A stretch of DNA of 51,299 nucleotides from Candidatus Acidiferrales bacterium. GTDB taxonomy: Bacteria > Acidobacteriota > Terriglobia > Acidiferrales > UBA7541. Below, piece by piece: positions 17,781-26,429 of the stretch. Position 1 is the stretch's first letter; each line of letters starts with the position of its first letter. Location of the stretch: NCBI GenBank assembly GCA_049693595.1, contig JBAVQA010000034.1:1-51299 (forward strand), read 5' to 3'. Both the position numbers and the translations under genes were made by a program. The notes below the pieces were generated by a model. The model did not search any database, was not told the DNA's origin, and saw only the letters and a program-made list of their open reading frames with translations.

Positions 17781-18098
17781 ATGAAGCTATCGCTGCTAAC
17801 AACGACACAACACCCAACTTTCCAAGATTCAGAGTCGGACGAAAATACTGCCTCAGAACAGGCAAACATGCAGGAATTCGTGGAGGCCGAAAGGTCGGAC
17901 CTGCGAAACGGTCTTACTCGCCGACAACGCACATTCATCCTGGAGAAGCTGGTCGGACTTAATGACAAAGACGCCGCACTTTCTGCTGGGTATTCCTTAA
18001 GCGTAGCGGAAAACACGAAGCAGAGGATATGGAAGCCGCGAGTGCGCGCTGAGTGGGAGCGGTTGCGATGCGAGATTGCCGCCAGACTGTTCCGCTAG
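17781..18098 (+). CDS. Terminase small subunit-like HTH protein, paralog 2
   Basis: The ATG at 17781 is preceded by AGGAGG. The core LVGLNDKDAALSAGYSLSVAENTKQRIWKPRVRAEWERL is nearly identical in protein to paralog 1 but diverged at synonymous sites. Confidence 0.65.
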   Translation: MKLSLLTTTQHPTFQDSESDENTASEQANMQEFVEAERSDLRNGLTRRQRTFILEKLVGLNDKDAALSAGYSLSVAENTKQRIWKPRVRAEWERLRCEIAARLFR

Positions 18099-18601
18099 GA
18101 AGGGCCAACAATTGCAGAACTTCAAGTTGACGCGGCTGGGGAATTCAGAGCGATTTTCCGGTTTGGGTGGGTTGGACTGTGACTTGGCCATGAATGTCTC
18201 CGCATTCTATTAAATCACAGGTCGCGACACCGCTAGTTTCATCTCTGACTCACGATTCAGGTAAGCCACCACATTCCTACAGGGATCGCACGCAGGCAGG
18301 TGCGCGATAAACTTCCCGTTCAAAACCATCTTTGCATATCGCTTGCAGGGCTGAGGTTCGGATTGATCGGCGTTAGCCGAGAACGTTGTGGGCTTACGAG
18401 GCTTTCTTGTCCGCTCTCGAAACATCATCGGCGTCCGCCGAAGCTGACCTCCGGCACTCCTATAGCCTTTGTTGGCGAAGAGATTGTGTATATGGATGCT
18501 TAATTGTCCTACAGAGCCCTTATCACTCTACGTAAATTAACTTGACAGCAAACACATGACTCTGTCATACCGCAGGCACACTTGATCTGCGCGGAGGTCC
18601 T

Positions 18602-19381
18602 ATGGCTCTGAAGCGGCTTGCCCTTCTGCCCTGCGTTCTCTTTGTCTTCCTTTCGGCCTACGCTCAGCAGCCTTCGACAACCCCGTCGCAGGATCCTCAA
18701 GCCATCTCGATTTTGCAACAAAGCGTCAGCACTATGGCGACTACTACTCCTTCGGATTCCATCGCAACCGGAAATGTTCAGATCCAAGCGGGAGGAGCGC
18801 AGAGCACGGGAACCGTCCGCATTTTGACAAAGGGAACCGCTGAAAGCCTATGGCAGTTAACTCTTCCGAATAGCGCGAAAACGATCATTTTCTCCAATGG
18901 ACAGGCCAGCGAATCGGATGGCAGCGCTGCCCAGACTTTGCAACTGGAACTTGCCGTGACTTCCCAAGTCACCGAGTTTCCGCTACCGCTGCTCATCTCC
19001 ATTCTGAATAACCCTGACTCCTCGTCTCAATATGTCGGGCTGGAGACATCCGGTTCTACGTCTTTGCAACATGTTAGGGTCTGGGATTCGTTTGCGTCGT
19101 CGCCGAATCTCGCAGCTCTGTCCACGTTTTCAACAAAAGACATTTGGATTGATGCTTCCTCTGGCCTGGTTCAGAGAATTTCGTTCACCGTACGTTCCGC
19201 GCAAGGCGCTTCGCCCGGTGTGGCAATGGATGTCTATTACTCGGGCTACCAAGTGGCATCCGGTGTCGCATATCCTTACAACATCCAAGAATCAATGAAC
19301 GGCACTCCCTGGGCCTCGATCACGATTCAAACCGTTTCCTTCAACAACGGGCTTACCGATTCACAGTTTGCCGTTCAATAG
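18602..19381 (+). CDS. Secreted hypothetical protein (LolA-like size and composition)
   Basis: It has a signal peptide (MALKRLALLPCVLFVFLSAYAQQ) and a GGAGG RBS. It lies 9 bp upstream of the RHS gene. Confidence 0.65.
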   Translation: MALKRLALLPCVLFVFLSAYAQQPSTTPSQDPQAISILQQSVSTMATTTPSDSIATGNVQIQAGGAQSTGTVRILTKGTAESLWQLTLPNSAKTIIFSNGQASESDGSAAQTLQLELAVTSQVTEFPLPLLISILNNPDSSSQYVGLETSGSTSLQHVRVWDSFASSPNLAALSTFSTKDIWIDASSGLVQRISFTVRSAQGASPGVAMDVYYSGYQVASGVAYPYNIQESMNGTPWASITIQTVSFNNGLTDSQFAVQ

Positions 19382-19389
19382 GAGCGACC

Positions 19390-22300
19390 ATGAGGAAGCT
19401 AATCATTCTGATGGGCCTCGTCCTTTTGACTCCGCGTGTCCAGGCTCAGTCTCAAATTACCGGGTTTCCTATGTACGGTTCTTTTGAAGTCGGAGATGCG
19501 GACGCTGTGAACCGCCAGAATCTGAACACGAATTTGACTGTGCCGATTTCTTCCGGAACAAGCCGCGGGACTAATCTAAGCTCTAGCATTGCTTACAATT
19601 CATTGATTTGGCAGAACACTGGCACCAACTGGGTCCCTGCCGTGGGTGATGGTGGGCAACCGACGTGGGGCTGGAGTCTGACGTCGCCTCTCGGGACGAT
19701 TCCGTACGAGCTCGTCACGGGCCAATGCATGGTGATGGAAGGCCCAAACCGTTATGCATACTATCCAACCTCAAATTACAGTCAATATTCCTATGTCGAA
19801 CCGAACGGCACAACTCATCCATTTGGTGTGGCCTACGCTTACATCCCCTCCCCCTGTACGGGTGCTGGAACACGCATCACCGGTGGGGCATACGCTGGTG
19901 ACGGCAGTGGTTATTCTATAAGTATAACGAACCCCAGTAACCCAGTGGTGTACAGCCCCTCGGGTGTGCAAATTATGAATGCCAGCCTGACTGACAATAA
20001 CGGAAATTTGATTACCAGCACTGTCGTAAGTTCTTCGGAGACGGACTGGACCGATACGGCAGGTCGAACAGCATTGAAGATCATCACGGGGACAACGTCA
20101 AATCTATACGAATATCAGGATACCACCGGAACATACCAGACCATCACGGTTGCTCTTCAGAGCTTCCACGTCAAAACGAATTTTGGCTGCTCCGGAGTAG
20201 TGGAGTACTCAGCTAATGCTAGTTTGCCGGTCTCGGTCTCCTACCCCAATGGTCTCAAGTACACGTTTGCCTATGAGGCCACACCCGGAAACTCGGGGTA
20301 CGTGACGGGGCGGGTCTCGGAGGTCACGCTTCCGAACGGCGGTTACGTCCAATATCAATACGGCTCGACGAACGACGGAATCAACTGCTCGGACGGAACG
20401 ATCACCAGCCTCACGCGCACCATATATGACGGAGCGAATACGCACGTATGGCAGTTTAGCCGGGCACTGTCCGGTTCGAATTGGCTAACGACTGTAACCG
20501 CTCCACAGATGCCCTACGACACCGCCGCGAACCAAAGCACTTTCCTTTTTAATACCAGCGGCCAAGAGTTAACCGAGAAACTTTACCAAGGTTCAACCAG
20601 CGGAACGTTACTGCGGACAATCAACACGACGTGGGCGAGTAACGGCACACCGGCAACAAAAATCACAATTCTTGAAGACAACAGCACTCAGTCTGAGGTG
20701 GAGACGACCTACGACACATATGGAAACCTCGATGTTTTGAAAGAACACGATTACGGCACGGGCGCTCCAGGGTCGATCCTTCGCACGACGACATACACGT
20801 ATCTCAGCACCAGCGCCTACATCACATCGAATATTCTAAATCGTGTAACCGAGAAATCCATCGCCGACTCAACCGGAACAGTCCAATACGTCGAGGACAC
20901 CGCGTACGACGGGTCGGCCTTGAGCCCTTGCCCAACGGGCGTGGTTCAACACAACGATACGAACTATGGATGCAGCTTCCTGACCCGCGGCAACCCCACT
21001 TCTGTCACAACCTACACGAACGCCTCGACCAAGGCCGGAGCCGAAGTAAAAAATCAGTCTTACGACATCTTTGGAAATTTAGTGCAAGCAACCTTGGACT
21101 GTTGCAATTCGAAGACGTGGACATACTCGGCCACAACTGAATACAGTTACCCCGATTCAGATACTTGCGGCGCGACGGGCGGACCACAATTGACGACGCG
21201 CTACACGTACAACGCCTATACAGGCCAGCTCGCATCTTCGACGGACCCAAACAGCCAAACAACATCGTTTGCGTATGATTCCATGCTCCGGCCAACGACT
21301 ACGATCAGGCCCGACTCCGCCCAAATTGTTCAGTCCTACAACGACACGTCACACACCACCAGCATCTCTAATCCAATTCAGGGAACCGCTGTCATCACGA
21401 ACACAACTTACCTGGACGGCCTAGGCAGAACCTCGCAGAGAAGTATCTTTGACGCGTCGAGCAACTTGTATTCGACCACACAAACGGAATACGACGGGCT
21501 GGATCGCCCCTATAACGTCAGCAATCCGTTCACCTCGTCCGCGCAATACTGGACCGAGACCACCTACGATGCGCTGGGCAGAAAATTGAAAATCATCTTG
21601 CCTGATAGTTCCCAACTTACACATGCTTACGCGGAGGCCTCGACCACGGTCACGGATCCGGCGGGCCACCAAAGAAAATACCAGGCGGACGGCTTGAATC
21701 GCCTTTCCATTACCTACGAGCCGGACCCTAGTAATGGGAATTCGCTCACGCTCCAAACCAATTACTCCTACACTGTTCTCGGTCAACTGGCCTCGCTTAC
21801 CCAAGGTTCTCAAACCCGTACCTACTCTTACGACGGAATGGGGCGCCTCACCAGTCACGTATTGCCCGAATCCGGAACTACATCTTTTGAATACAATAGC
21901 TTCGACAAACTTACTCAGCGAACTGACAATCGCGGTGTGATCACCACATATTCGTATGACACAGTCAACCGCCCGTACCAGATAATCTACAACGTGGGGA
22001 CAACCGGAGTCGCGGCAACGCCTACTGTAACCTACGCGTTCGGGACGAGTGCATCGCAATTAAACAACGGCAGACTCCTTACCTTAACTGATGGCCTCGG
22101 AACAATAACGAACACGTATGACAATCTTGCCCGCACAACGCAAGTCCAGCACGTCATAAACGGCAGCACCTACACGATTGGTTATGCATATAATCTGGCC
22201 GGTGCTGTGACGTCATTGACCTATCCCTCGGGCCGTGTGGTCCAGGCCTCGTACGATGCGATAGGCCGCCTTTCCTCCCTATTGAATGGCACCACCACCT

Positions 22301-23760
22301 ACGCCAGCAGCTTTTCTTATAATTCCGCTTTCCAGCCCACAAATTTTACGATGGGAAACGGCGTAGCGTTCACGGCCGGATATTCCGCCAATCGTCTCCA
22401 ATTGCAGTCCCTTAACTACACCGGCGGATCGACAGTTTTCAGCACGACATATGGCTACACGCAGAACGGCGGCAACAATGGGCAGATTACAAGCATTGCG
22501 GACAGCGTCGATTCCGGCCGCACCATTGCTTACACTTATGATGCCTTGGGCCGCATTTCCACCGCTGTCACCACGGGTTCAGCCAACTATGCAAAGTGGG
22601 GTCTATCCTGGAGCTACGACCGCTATGGCAATAGGCTGTCGCAGAGCGTGACGGCAGGCACGGCTCCTTCTAATTCCGTCGTCGTGAATACGGCCAACAA
22701 CCGAATCACCACGACGGGTTATTCCTACGACGCAAATGGAAATCTTACCAACGACGGGGTCAACACCCTGGCCTACGATGCAGAAAACCGGATGGTCAGC
22801 TCTATCGACGGTTCCGCTTCAGGCACTTACTCTTATCGCGCTTCCGGCCTACGAACCGTGAAAGTTTCCGGAGGAACGACGACTGTCTATCTGTTTGACG
22901 GCAACCGCGACATCGCCGAATACACCAACGGGACTCTTGCCAATGAGTACGTTTATCTGGGAAGCAAGATGATCGCCTCCTACTTGAGCGGGACCTTGTA
23001 CTACGAGGCCTCCGACCATCAATCGATTCGCGTCAATTTGAACACTAGCGGAGGTATTGCGGGACAAAAAGGCCAATACGCTTTTGGCGAGGATTGGTAC
23101 CCCAGCTCTCTCACGAACCGTCATTTCACGACCTACGAGAGGGATTCGGAGTCGTCGAATGACAATGCTTTGCATCGCTTCTTTGTGAACCGGCTGGGCC
23201 GCTTTTCTAGCACCGACCCGATACCCGGCGGAGGTCAAAACCCCCAGAAGTTTAACCTCTTCAATTACGTTCGGAATGACCCGGTCAAGAACACGGACCC
23301 GGACGGTCGATTTGACTTTCCTTCCCCTATTTATTGTCCCGGTAGTATTATTCCGTGCGGTTGCGACGATATTGATTGCCTCGGTGGAAGCGACGGAGGT
23401 TGTAATCCCGACTCGGTCGGAGAAGCGAGCTCATGCCCGCCTCAAGAGCCTGCTCCTCCGCCGCCCGCAGATCAAACGCTTTCCCTACAAAAGGGTAGTT
23501 GCCAACGTAGCCCGGTGCGCGGCGAATTCGTCCTAAGTTGTCGGTGGAGCAACGGTAGCTGCACGAAAAACTATAGCTCTTACGGGTTCGAAGGTTGCTT
23601 GGACGACCAGACTGCTTTCGAACACGATCAAGGACAGATTGTAGCCTATCGCTGTTGTCAGACCATTACAGTTGACGCCTCTTGTGACACTATTACGAGT
23701 CCACATTTTTGCACAAGCAGGACCATTTTTCCGCCCATGCCACAGAACGCTCGGAGGTGA
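19390..23760 (+). CDS. RHS/YD-repeat polymorphic toxin with Sec signal peptide and variable C-terminal domain
   Basis: The 1456-aa ORF has the signal peptide MRKLIILMGLVLLTPRVQAQ. It contains many YD-type repeats (YDxxGR/N). The RHS core ends with NYVRNDPVKNTDPDG and is followed by a 150-aa Cys-rich tail. Confidence 0.9.
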   Translation: MRKLIILMGLVLLTPRVQAQSQITGFPMYGSFEVGDADAVNRQNLNTNLTVPISSGTSRGTNLSSSIAYNSLIWQNTGTNWVPAVGDGGQPTWGWSLTSPLGTIPYELVTGQCMVMEGPNRYAYYPTSNYSQYSYVEPNGTTHPFGVAYAYIPSPCTGAGTRITGGAYAGDGSGYSISITNPSNPVVYSPSGVQIMNASLTDNNGNLITSTVVSSSETDWTDTAGRTALKIITGTTSNLYEYQDTTGTYQTITVALQSFHVKTNFGCSGVVEYSANASLPVSVSYPNGLKYTFAYEATPGNSGYVTGRVSEVTLPNGGYVQYQYGSTNDGINCSDGTITSLTRTIYDGANTHVWQFSRALSGSNWLTTVTAPQMPYDTAANQSTFLFNTSGQELTEKLYQGSTSGTLLRTINTTWASNGTPATKITILEDNSTQSEVETTYDTYGNLDVLKEHDYGTGAPGSILRTTTYTYLSTSAYITSNILNRVTEKSIADSTGTVQYVEDTAYDGSALSPCPTGVVQHNDTNYGCSFLTRGNPTSVTTYTNASTKAGAEVKNQSYDIFGNLVQATLDCCNSKTWTYSATTEYSYPDSDTCGATGGPQLTTRYTYNAYTGQLASSTDPNSQTTSFAYDSMLRPTTTIRPDSAQIVQSYNDTSHTTSISNPIQGTAVITNTTYLDGLGRTSQRSIFDASSNLYSTTQTEYDGLDRPYNVSNPFTSSAQYWTETTYDALGRKLKIILPDSSQLTHAYAEASTTVTDPAGHQRKYQADGLNRLSITYEPDPSNGNSLTLQTNYSYTVLGQLASLTQGSQTRTYSYDGMGRLTSHVLPESGTTSFEYNSFDKLTQRTDNRGVITTYSYDTVNRPYQIIYNVGTTGVAATPTVTYAFGTSASQLNNGRLLTLTDGLGTITNTYDNLARTTQVQHVINGSTYTIGYAYNLAGAVTSLTYPSGRVVQASYDAIGRLSSLLNGTTTYASSFSYNSAFQPTNFTMGNGVAFTAGYSANRLQLQSLNYTGGSTVFSTTYGYTQNGGNNGQITSIADSVDSGRTIAYTYDALGRISTAVTTGSANYAKWGLSWSYDRYGNRLSQSVTAGTAPSNSVVVNTANNRITTTGYSYDANGNLTNDGVNTLAYDAENRMVSSIDGSASGTYSYRASGLRTVKVSGGTTTVYLFDGNRDIAEYTNGTLANEYVYLGSKMIASYLSGTLYYEASDHQSIRVNLNTSGGIAGQKGQYAFGEDWYPSSLTNRHFTTYERDSESSNDNALHRFFVNRLGRFSSTDPIPGGGQNPQKFNLFNYVRNDPVKNTDPDGRFDFPSPIYCPGSIIPCGCDDIDCLGGSDGGCNPDSVGEASSCPPQEPAPPPPADQTLSLQKGSCQRSPVRGEFVLSCRWSNGSCTKNYSSYGFEGCLDDQTAFEHDQGQIVAYRCCQTITVDASCDTITSPHFCTSRTIFPPMPQNARR

Positions 23761-23776
23761 AGAGGAGAAGAGGAAT

Positions 23777-24508
23777 ATGTTTGGCAAAGTGGCCCTGATT
23801 CTTACGTCTGTGATTTCAATTGCTTCGTGCTCGGCGGCATACGCCGAAACTCACGATTTTTCGATACAGCTGAGCGACTTAAGCCCTGCAAGCAGTCCAT
23901 TGCAGGCCTCCGGGCAGGCGTCATTTCATGTGGATGTGACAACAGGCACCGTTTTCGAGAGTTGCGCCCTCGACGGAAGACTCAGAAATGCATCGTCCAA
24001 GGCAATCCTCGCGTTCGAGGCCTCCTTAGATTTGCTCCCCGGCTATAGCGGTGGTGTTCACCAGGACTATGACATTGATTATATTTTTGACGACCATTTG
24101 CTTGAGCCAGGGTCTCAGATTCCGATACAGGAAAGACCGCAGCCGTGGCAAATGCCTACTAACGGACAGATTTCCCCACGGAAAGCCCGGGCCGAGTTTC
24201 GCGTAACATTTGTGCAATTCGCTGATGGATCAACTTTTGGCAAAAGCAGCTGGGGAGACGCATTAAGCGGTGAGCGTAAGACCAAGATAGGCATCATGAC
24301 TGCGCTCTTGCAGGCGTACCAATCAAGAAAAGAGGTTGGCCTGTCTTCCGCCATTGCTGACGGCCTCGCCAAGAGCGACAACTCAATATCCGTGAAAATC
24401 TGGTACCGCGAACTCAAAGACATTATGGATGCGAAGGGGGCCAAGGCCTGCGTGACAGAGATTGAGAGCCGTCTAGCCAACGCGAAGTCGCGCATGGATG
24501 TTCTGTGA
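23777..24508 (+). CDS. Secreted hypothetical protein, candidate cognate immunity protein
   Basis: The ATG at 23777 follows a GAGGAGAAGAGG RBS, 17 nt after the RHS stop. It has the signal peptide MFGKVALILTSVISIASCSAAYA. The ORF-track start at 23672 overlaps the RHS gene and is unlikely to be real. Confidence 0.6.
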   Translation: MFGKVALILTSVISIASCSAAYAETHDFSIQLSDLSPASSPLQASGQASFHVDVTTGTVFESCALDGRLRNASSKAILAFEASLDLLPGYSGGVHQDYDIDYIFDDHLLEPGSQIPIQERPQPWQMPTNGQISPRKARAEFRVTFVQFADGSTFGKSSWGDALSGERKTKIGIMTALLQAYQSRKEVGLSSAIADGLAKSDNSISVKIWYRELKDIMDAKGAKACVTEIESRLANAKSRMDVL

Positions 24509-25000
24509 GCTACAGCAGGCGAGGCCGGGCCGAGCCCGCCGCGGCGGGATGATTATAGGCTGTGATTTTCACGCCCGCGTTGACGTTACGCTTTCATCAC
24601 TACACCTTTTGCGCAGCTTCACCCGCGCAATGTCGTTGCCTTAGCGAGTCTTTCAAGGATTTGCGGCTATTTGGGGCTGGATTTCGACCGCGTCTTCGGC
24701 CGACCGCCAAGCTTTCCGTTCTCTCTGGCGGCCTTTGCCTTCGCTTTCGATTTGACTGAGCCCCCGAGCTTCCCTAGCTGGCGGGCGATTTTGCTAACAT
24801 CCATTCACGCAGCCTAAACCGGCCCAGTTTGGCTGTCAACGCCAGGGTTTCGTGCAGCTGCTTTACCCATACGCTTGGGTTTAGTGTTGTGGGACATTTT
24901 GTGGTCTGGCCGTTTCCGATCTACTCTTCTCGCAAACAAAACGAATGACTTAGGAACCATTCGCCAGTGCACAGAACACCTCTACTGTGCATCTCTATTG

Positions 25001-25024
25001 TATAACCCAAGCGCTTGGGTTATA
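25001..25024. repeat. 24-bp perfect palindrome TATAACCCAAGCGCTTGGGTTATA
   Basis: It is exactly self-complementary. It lies in the spacer of a putative promoter (TTGTAT 24998-25003, 17 bp, TATACT 25021-25026) 27 bp upstream of the recombinase ATG. The half-site CGCTTGGGTT recurs at 24872-24881. Confidence 0.85.
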
Positions 25025-25050
25025 CTGTTCCTTAATAGTGGAGGGGTGTT

Positions 25051-25704
25051 ATGGACTCTAACGAGCGACAGGCTGCAACTTCAGCAAATCAACGCACACA
25101 CCTGACTGAATCGGAGATGTTTGAGATTCTCGAACTGGCGCGACAGACCGACGCTCGCGCGTGGGCGATCTTCGCCCTGGCCTTCAATCACGGTATGCGC
25201 GTCACCGAATGTCTTCAACTTCGCTTCGAAGGTGACATCAATTGGAGAGATCGGACAATTACCGTTCGAAGACTCAAAGGGTCGCTCACCACGACTCAGC
25301 CGCTCATGGAGATGCGCGGTAAGCCTGCTTTGTCCGAACTGGCCGCGCTGAAAGCCTATCTGAAGATTCGTATCGAGGATGGCTCAGGGATGTTGTTCAC
25401 CGGTCAGAAGGGCGCTTTGAAGCGCTGGACTCTCACTCGGATGTTTCGCTCCTACTGTGAGCAGGTTTCAAAGGCTCGGGTTGAACGTGGACTCGCCCCT
25501 ATCGCTAGAAATGCGATGCACTTTCATTCCATCAAACATACGATCGCCACGATTTTGGCATCAAGGGTTGATAACATTTTCATCGTCAAGACGCTGTTGG
25601 GCCACTCTGCGATTTCCAGCACCATGCAATATTGCCATCCAGACCAGAAAGCCGCGTCCGCCAAATCGAAGGAAGTCTTGGCCCAAGTTTTCTCGGAAGT
25701 TTAG
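25051..25704 (+). CDS. Short tyrosine recombinase (catalytic domain only)
   Basis: The 217-aa ORF has a GGAGGGG RBS. Motifs are NHGMRVTECLQL, HFHSIKHTIAT and LLGHSAISSTMQYCH. The box II position normally occupied by Arg (HxxR) reads Lys here. Confidence 0.8.
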   Translation: MDSNERQAATSANQRTHLTESEMFEILELARQTDARAWAIFALAFNHGMRVTECLQLRFEGDINWRDRTITVRRLKGSLTTTQPLMEMRGKPALSELAALKAYLKIRIEDGSGMLFTGQKGALKRWTLTRMFRSYCEQVSKARVERGLAPIARNAMHFHSIKHTIATILASRVDNIFIVKTLLGHSAISSTMQYCHPDQKAASAKSKEVLAQVFSEV

Positions 25705-25735
25705 TGTACCGACTTCTGGAAGCTAACAATCAAGA

Positions 25736-26002
25736 TTAGAATTGGCTGATAATTTCCTTTATAAGCGGATATCCAAATGCGAGCACCGCATCCGCAAGTG
25801 ACCCCATGATGTTCCAAGAGCCGAGTAGCGATCCGCGTTCAATCATTCTGCGCGGTTGCGTCTGGTCCGCCCGGAGTTTATAGCGCATGTTCCACTGATA
25901 CCATGTCCAGATCAGAGGTAGCGAGATGAGGATCCAACTGACGCCCCAAAGTCCATGCATAATGAGGGCGTGCGCTAGATTAGCGTTTGTCCTCAACTTC
26001 AC
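25736..26002 (-). CDS. Small membrane protein
   Basis: The 88-aa ORF has hydrophobic, Trp-rich segments (LWGVSWILISLPLIWTWYQW). Whether it is coding is uncertain. Confidence 0.4.
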   Translation of the reverse strand: MKLRTNANLAHALIMHGLWGVSWILISLPLIWTWYQWNMRYKLRADQTQPRRMIERGSLLGSWNIMGSLADAVLAFGYPLIKEIISQF

Positions 26003-26136
26003 TCACATAATTCCCAAGAACGTATATGGAAGATAAGCTCCAGCAAGTACGAGTGAACACACCTGCCATTCCAAGAACAACTTTACGAAGCTATATCCCA
26101 AGTGGAGCCAGCTCTTAAAAGATATCAAGTATTCAT

Positions 26137-26165
26137 TTGACATGGACGGACTTAGGGCGTATACA
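26137..26165 (+). promoter_or_regulatory. Putative sigma70-type promoter of the RiPP-like cluster
   Basis: It reads TTGACA (26137-26142), a 17-bp spacer, then TATACA (26160-26165). It lies about 72 bp upstream of the small-ORF ATG. Confidence 0.4.
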
Positions 26166-26237
26166 GCCTCCACATAATATTCGGAGTGTATTAGCTAATG
26201 TGTTTAGTGAAGTTTTCGATCTGAGCGGAGAGGCATC

Positions 26238-26390
26238 ATGAAAAAAAAGAAGAAAACACGTTCGACGCCCATCAAGTCCCGAATTCTTCGGCAAATTGCG
26301 TCGGAGGTGAAAGCCGGGAAAAAGGATCTGCTCGCTGGAGTCGGCCATTCGAAGGGCGATCACCTTAGCAGTGCATTTGTTAAGGAATAA
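26238..26390 (+). CDS. Candidate RiPP precursor peptide (50 aa)
   Basis: It is not in the ORF track because it is under 60 aa. A GGAGAGG RBS lies 6 nt before the ATG. The sequence is MKKKKKTRSTPIKSRILRQIASEVKAGKKDLLAGVGHSKGDHLSSAFVKE. It lies directly upstream of the HExxH and radical SAM/SPASM genes. The C-terminal region has aromatic-x-x triplets (HSK, HLS, FVK). Confidence 0.5.
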   Translation: MKKKKKTRSTPIKSRILRQIASEVKAGKKDLLAGVGHSKGDHLSSAFVKE

Positions 26391-26429
26391 TGAAATAGGT
26401 CATCGTAAAAATACCCGAATTTTGATTAC

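Noticed and set aside
18210-18428. 72-aa minus-strand ORF between the second TerS-like gene and the secreted-protein gene
   Set aside because: It has no RBS and no motif, and it lies in a likely promoter region (TTGACA at 18542). Coding status is not supportable.
24535-24548. GC-rich palindrome CCCGCCGCGGCGGG after the putative immunity gene, considered as a rho-independent terminator
   Set aside because: There is no T-tract downstream and essentially no loop, so I do not call it a terminator.
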